Shown here: one piece after another, positions 62,133 to 64,000 of the stretch | How the letters are laid out: each line of letters begins with the position of its first letter | How positions within the stretch are numbered: position 1 is the stretch's first letter | NCBI GenBank assembly: GCA_040954595.2 | Contig: CM082578.2 | Coordinates: 15,918,998 to 15,982,997, forward strand | Direction of reading: 5' to 3' | DNA from: Balanoglossus misakiensis | Taxonomy: Eukaryota > Animalia > Hemichordata | Length of the DNA stretch: 64,000 nucleotides | Translations under genes and position numbers: made by a program | Notes under the pieces: model-generated | The model's input: only the letters and a program-made list of their open reading frames with translations | Told to the model about the DNA's origin: nothing | Database searches by the model: none

Positions 62133-63488
62133 TAACTTTACATGTAACACAAATTAGGTGATTCTGGAACACTAAGGGAGTTTTCATTTGTAATGTGGGG
62201 GGGGGGGATTCCTGTTGCCCACCCCTGTGATAATAAATGAAAGCTCCCTAAGTCAGAATTTTTTTTTGTCAGCCTGGATCATCATATGTTAGAGCTATTT
62301 ACAGTATAGATATATATGCTATATCCTTTTGTGAAGAAACACATAAATGCTGCAAAGGTTTGCGTCTCGGAAGTTGAAAATACCTCACACGATCACCGGA
62401 GCCTGTGGATATTGAATATAGTGTTATAGTGATGGATGTCTTACATTGTTTAGGGTTGTCTTTGGAGATCTTAGAGCACTAAACTTGAATTATTCATATT
62501 CCCCAAAGCGTATAATTGAAAAGCCAAGATCAGATAGCTTACACAAAACACAGCATTAAACATTATTCTTACCAGTAATTCACAACTTTCCAGTTGGCTT
62601 TCAAGTTTGAGCCTACCGGGCAGTTAGTTGTTCTTTCCCAACTGCGTCTTCTGTCATTGTTAGCTTATTGACAAGACCGACCTTTAATCAATCTGCTTTG
62701 GATCAGTGAGGGATGAGAAATTGAAGGTCTACAGGTGATAAGATACAGCCCAGTCACCCACCCACCAGCCATACTTTTTAGTGAGCTTATGTGATTGCAT
62801 TGGCCCTGCGGTTATGTAAGACGAACTGAATAAAAACAATGCTTGCTGTTAGTTACCAAGGGATAACATATCCCTCTTCCCTAATAGTTAACTGGACCTG
62901 AAGTACGCCGATAAAAAGACTTCTTGTCTACCACATGTTGAGAATGCCTGGATCTCTTACTTTTTGCAGAAGAGTTGCAGTGCATGGGGTCATTGAAGTC
63001 CATCATAAAAGAGCTTTGTCTTTCATGCACAAGTTCTGTTTAATTGAATTAGTTCAGGGATGGTGGCTGCACTGCCCTGGTAATGGCTGTTAATGGGCAA
63101 ATGTATGGAATTCCTTCAGGCTGACCCTGCCCATGATACACCAGAAAATGATTACCATACCGCAACAGATGTTGCACTGGCTTTCTTCTCTCTGTTAATG
63201 TTGAGTACAGACAAAATCACAACACATGTTTTCTGGAAATATAAGAAACTTCCAATACCACATTTATTACAACCATAGACCCTGGAGCAAGAAGTCGTGT
63301 ACTATACCCCGAGCATGGAAGTTTTTCATTGTACTAAGTTAGTTTCTGAATTCTGTATTTGAAAGGGAGGTGGTCATCACTGTCTGGGACTGCTGGTTCC
63401 AATTCCCACAGGACAGTCTGATGCCAAGAAGTCAACACAGACACAAAGTGTAACTATTATAGCGTACATCATTGCACACAAAGTGGGG

Positions 63489-63690
63489 TTAGCTCATTTG
63501 GGACGTGAATATACCGCTGGGAGCTGAGGGGTCATGTCAGCATCTGTTGTGACAGTATGTTGTCTGTCAGTCTGTCTGTATGTCCGTCCATTGCAAAAAC
63601 TTTGTTTTGGTGTGTACAATGCATGCTGGACTAAATGTTCAAATGAAGTTGATACTACCAATTTTGGCCATTTTGGGCCAACCACTCAGA
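63489..63690 (+). mobile_element. Degenerate ttagctc-family repeat with gtct/gtcc microsatellite
   Basis: ttagctcatttggg..tatacc..gggagct followed by gtctgtcagtctgtctgtatgtccgtcc. Confidence 0.5.
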
Positions 63691-64000
63691 AACTGCTTTC
63701 CAATTGTCCCAGCAGTGCTTTCAACAGTATAAAGACTACTTTTCAAAGAAATGATTCTATAAATATAAAGTTCATAATCTAGATGATTAACCACTTAACC
63801 GTCTAACACTCTTCCATTTGTATTGCGCAAAAGTAAGCATGGTTGTTTGACACTCTCAATGCTCTCAATTTAAATATAAAAGGAAAAAAGATGTTATTAT
63901 GGATAGTATGGCAATGAGTACATGTTAATTGGTGGGGATAACAGAGCCATTAACACCTTCTACAAATTGATAGTAAACATGAGCTTGGATACTTAAGTCA

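Overview
AT-rich, intron-rich animal genomic DNA, probably a marine invertebrate deuterostome (inference from gene content and repeats; species not determinable). Most ORF-track entries are exon fragments or spurious. Six spliced genes can be reconstructed: (1) a 5'-truncated Slob/PXK-like pseudokinase with a C-terminal WH2 motif (+, 77-3639); (2) USP19 (-, 4859-13637); (3) CBLL1/Hakai (+, 13935-16919), head-to-head with USP19 across ~300 bp; (4) a C12orf56/DUF4551-like gene (+, 18371-26061); (5) a stabilin (-, 29763-52264); (6) the 5' part of an ADAMTS9/20-like protease (+, from 58513). Non-coding features include a TSD-flanked solo LTR, several MITEs, a dispersed hairpin/microsatellite repeat family, a tRNA-like element and many Tc1-like footprint 8-mers. 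The most interesting observation is that the stabilin lacks the Link module and has an intact EGF split by a phase-1 intron where vertebrate stabilins carry Link. I found no evidence for a wholly new multi-gene system.
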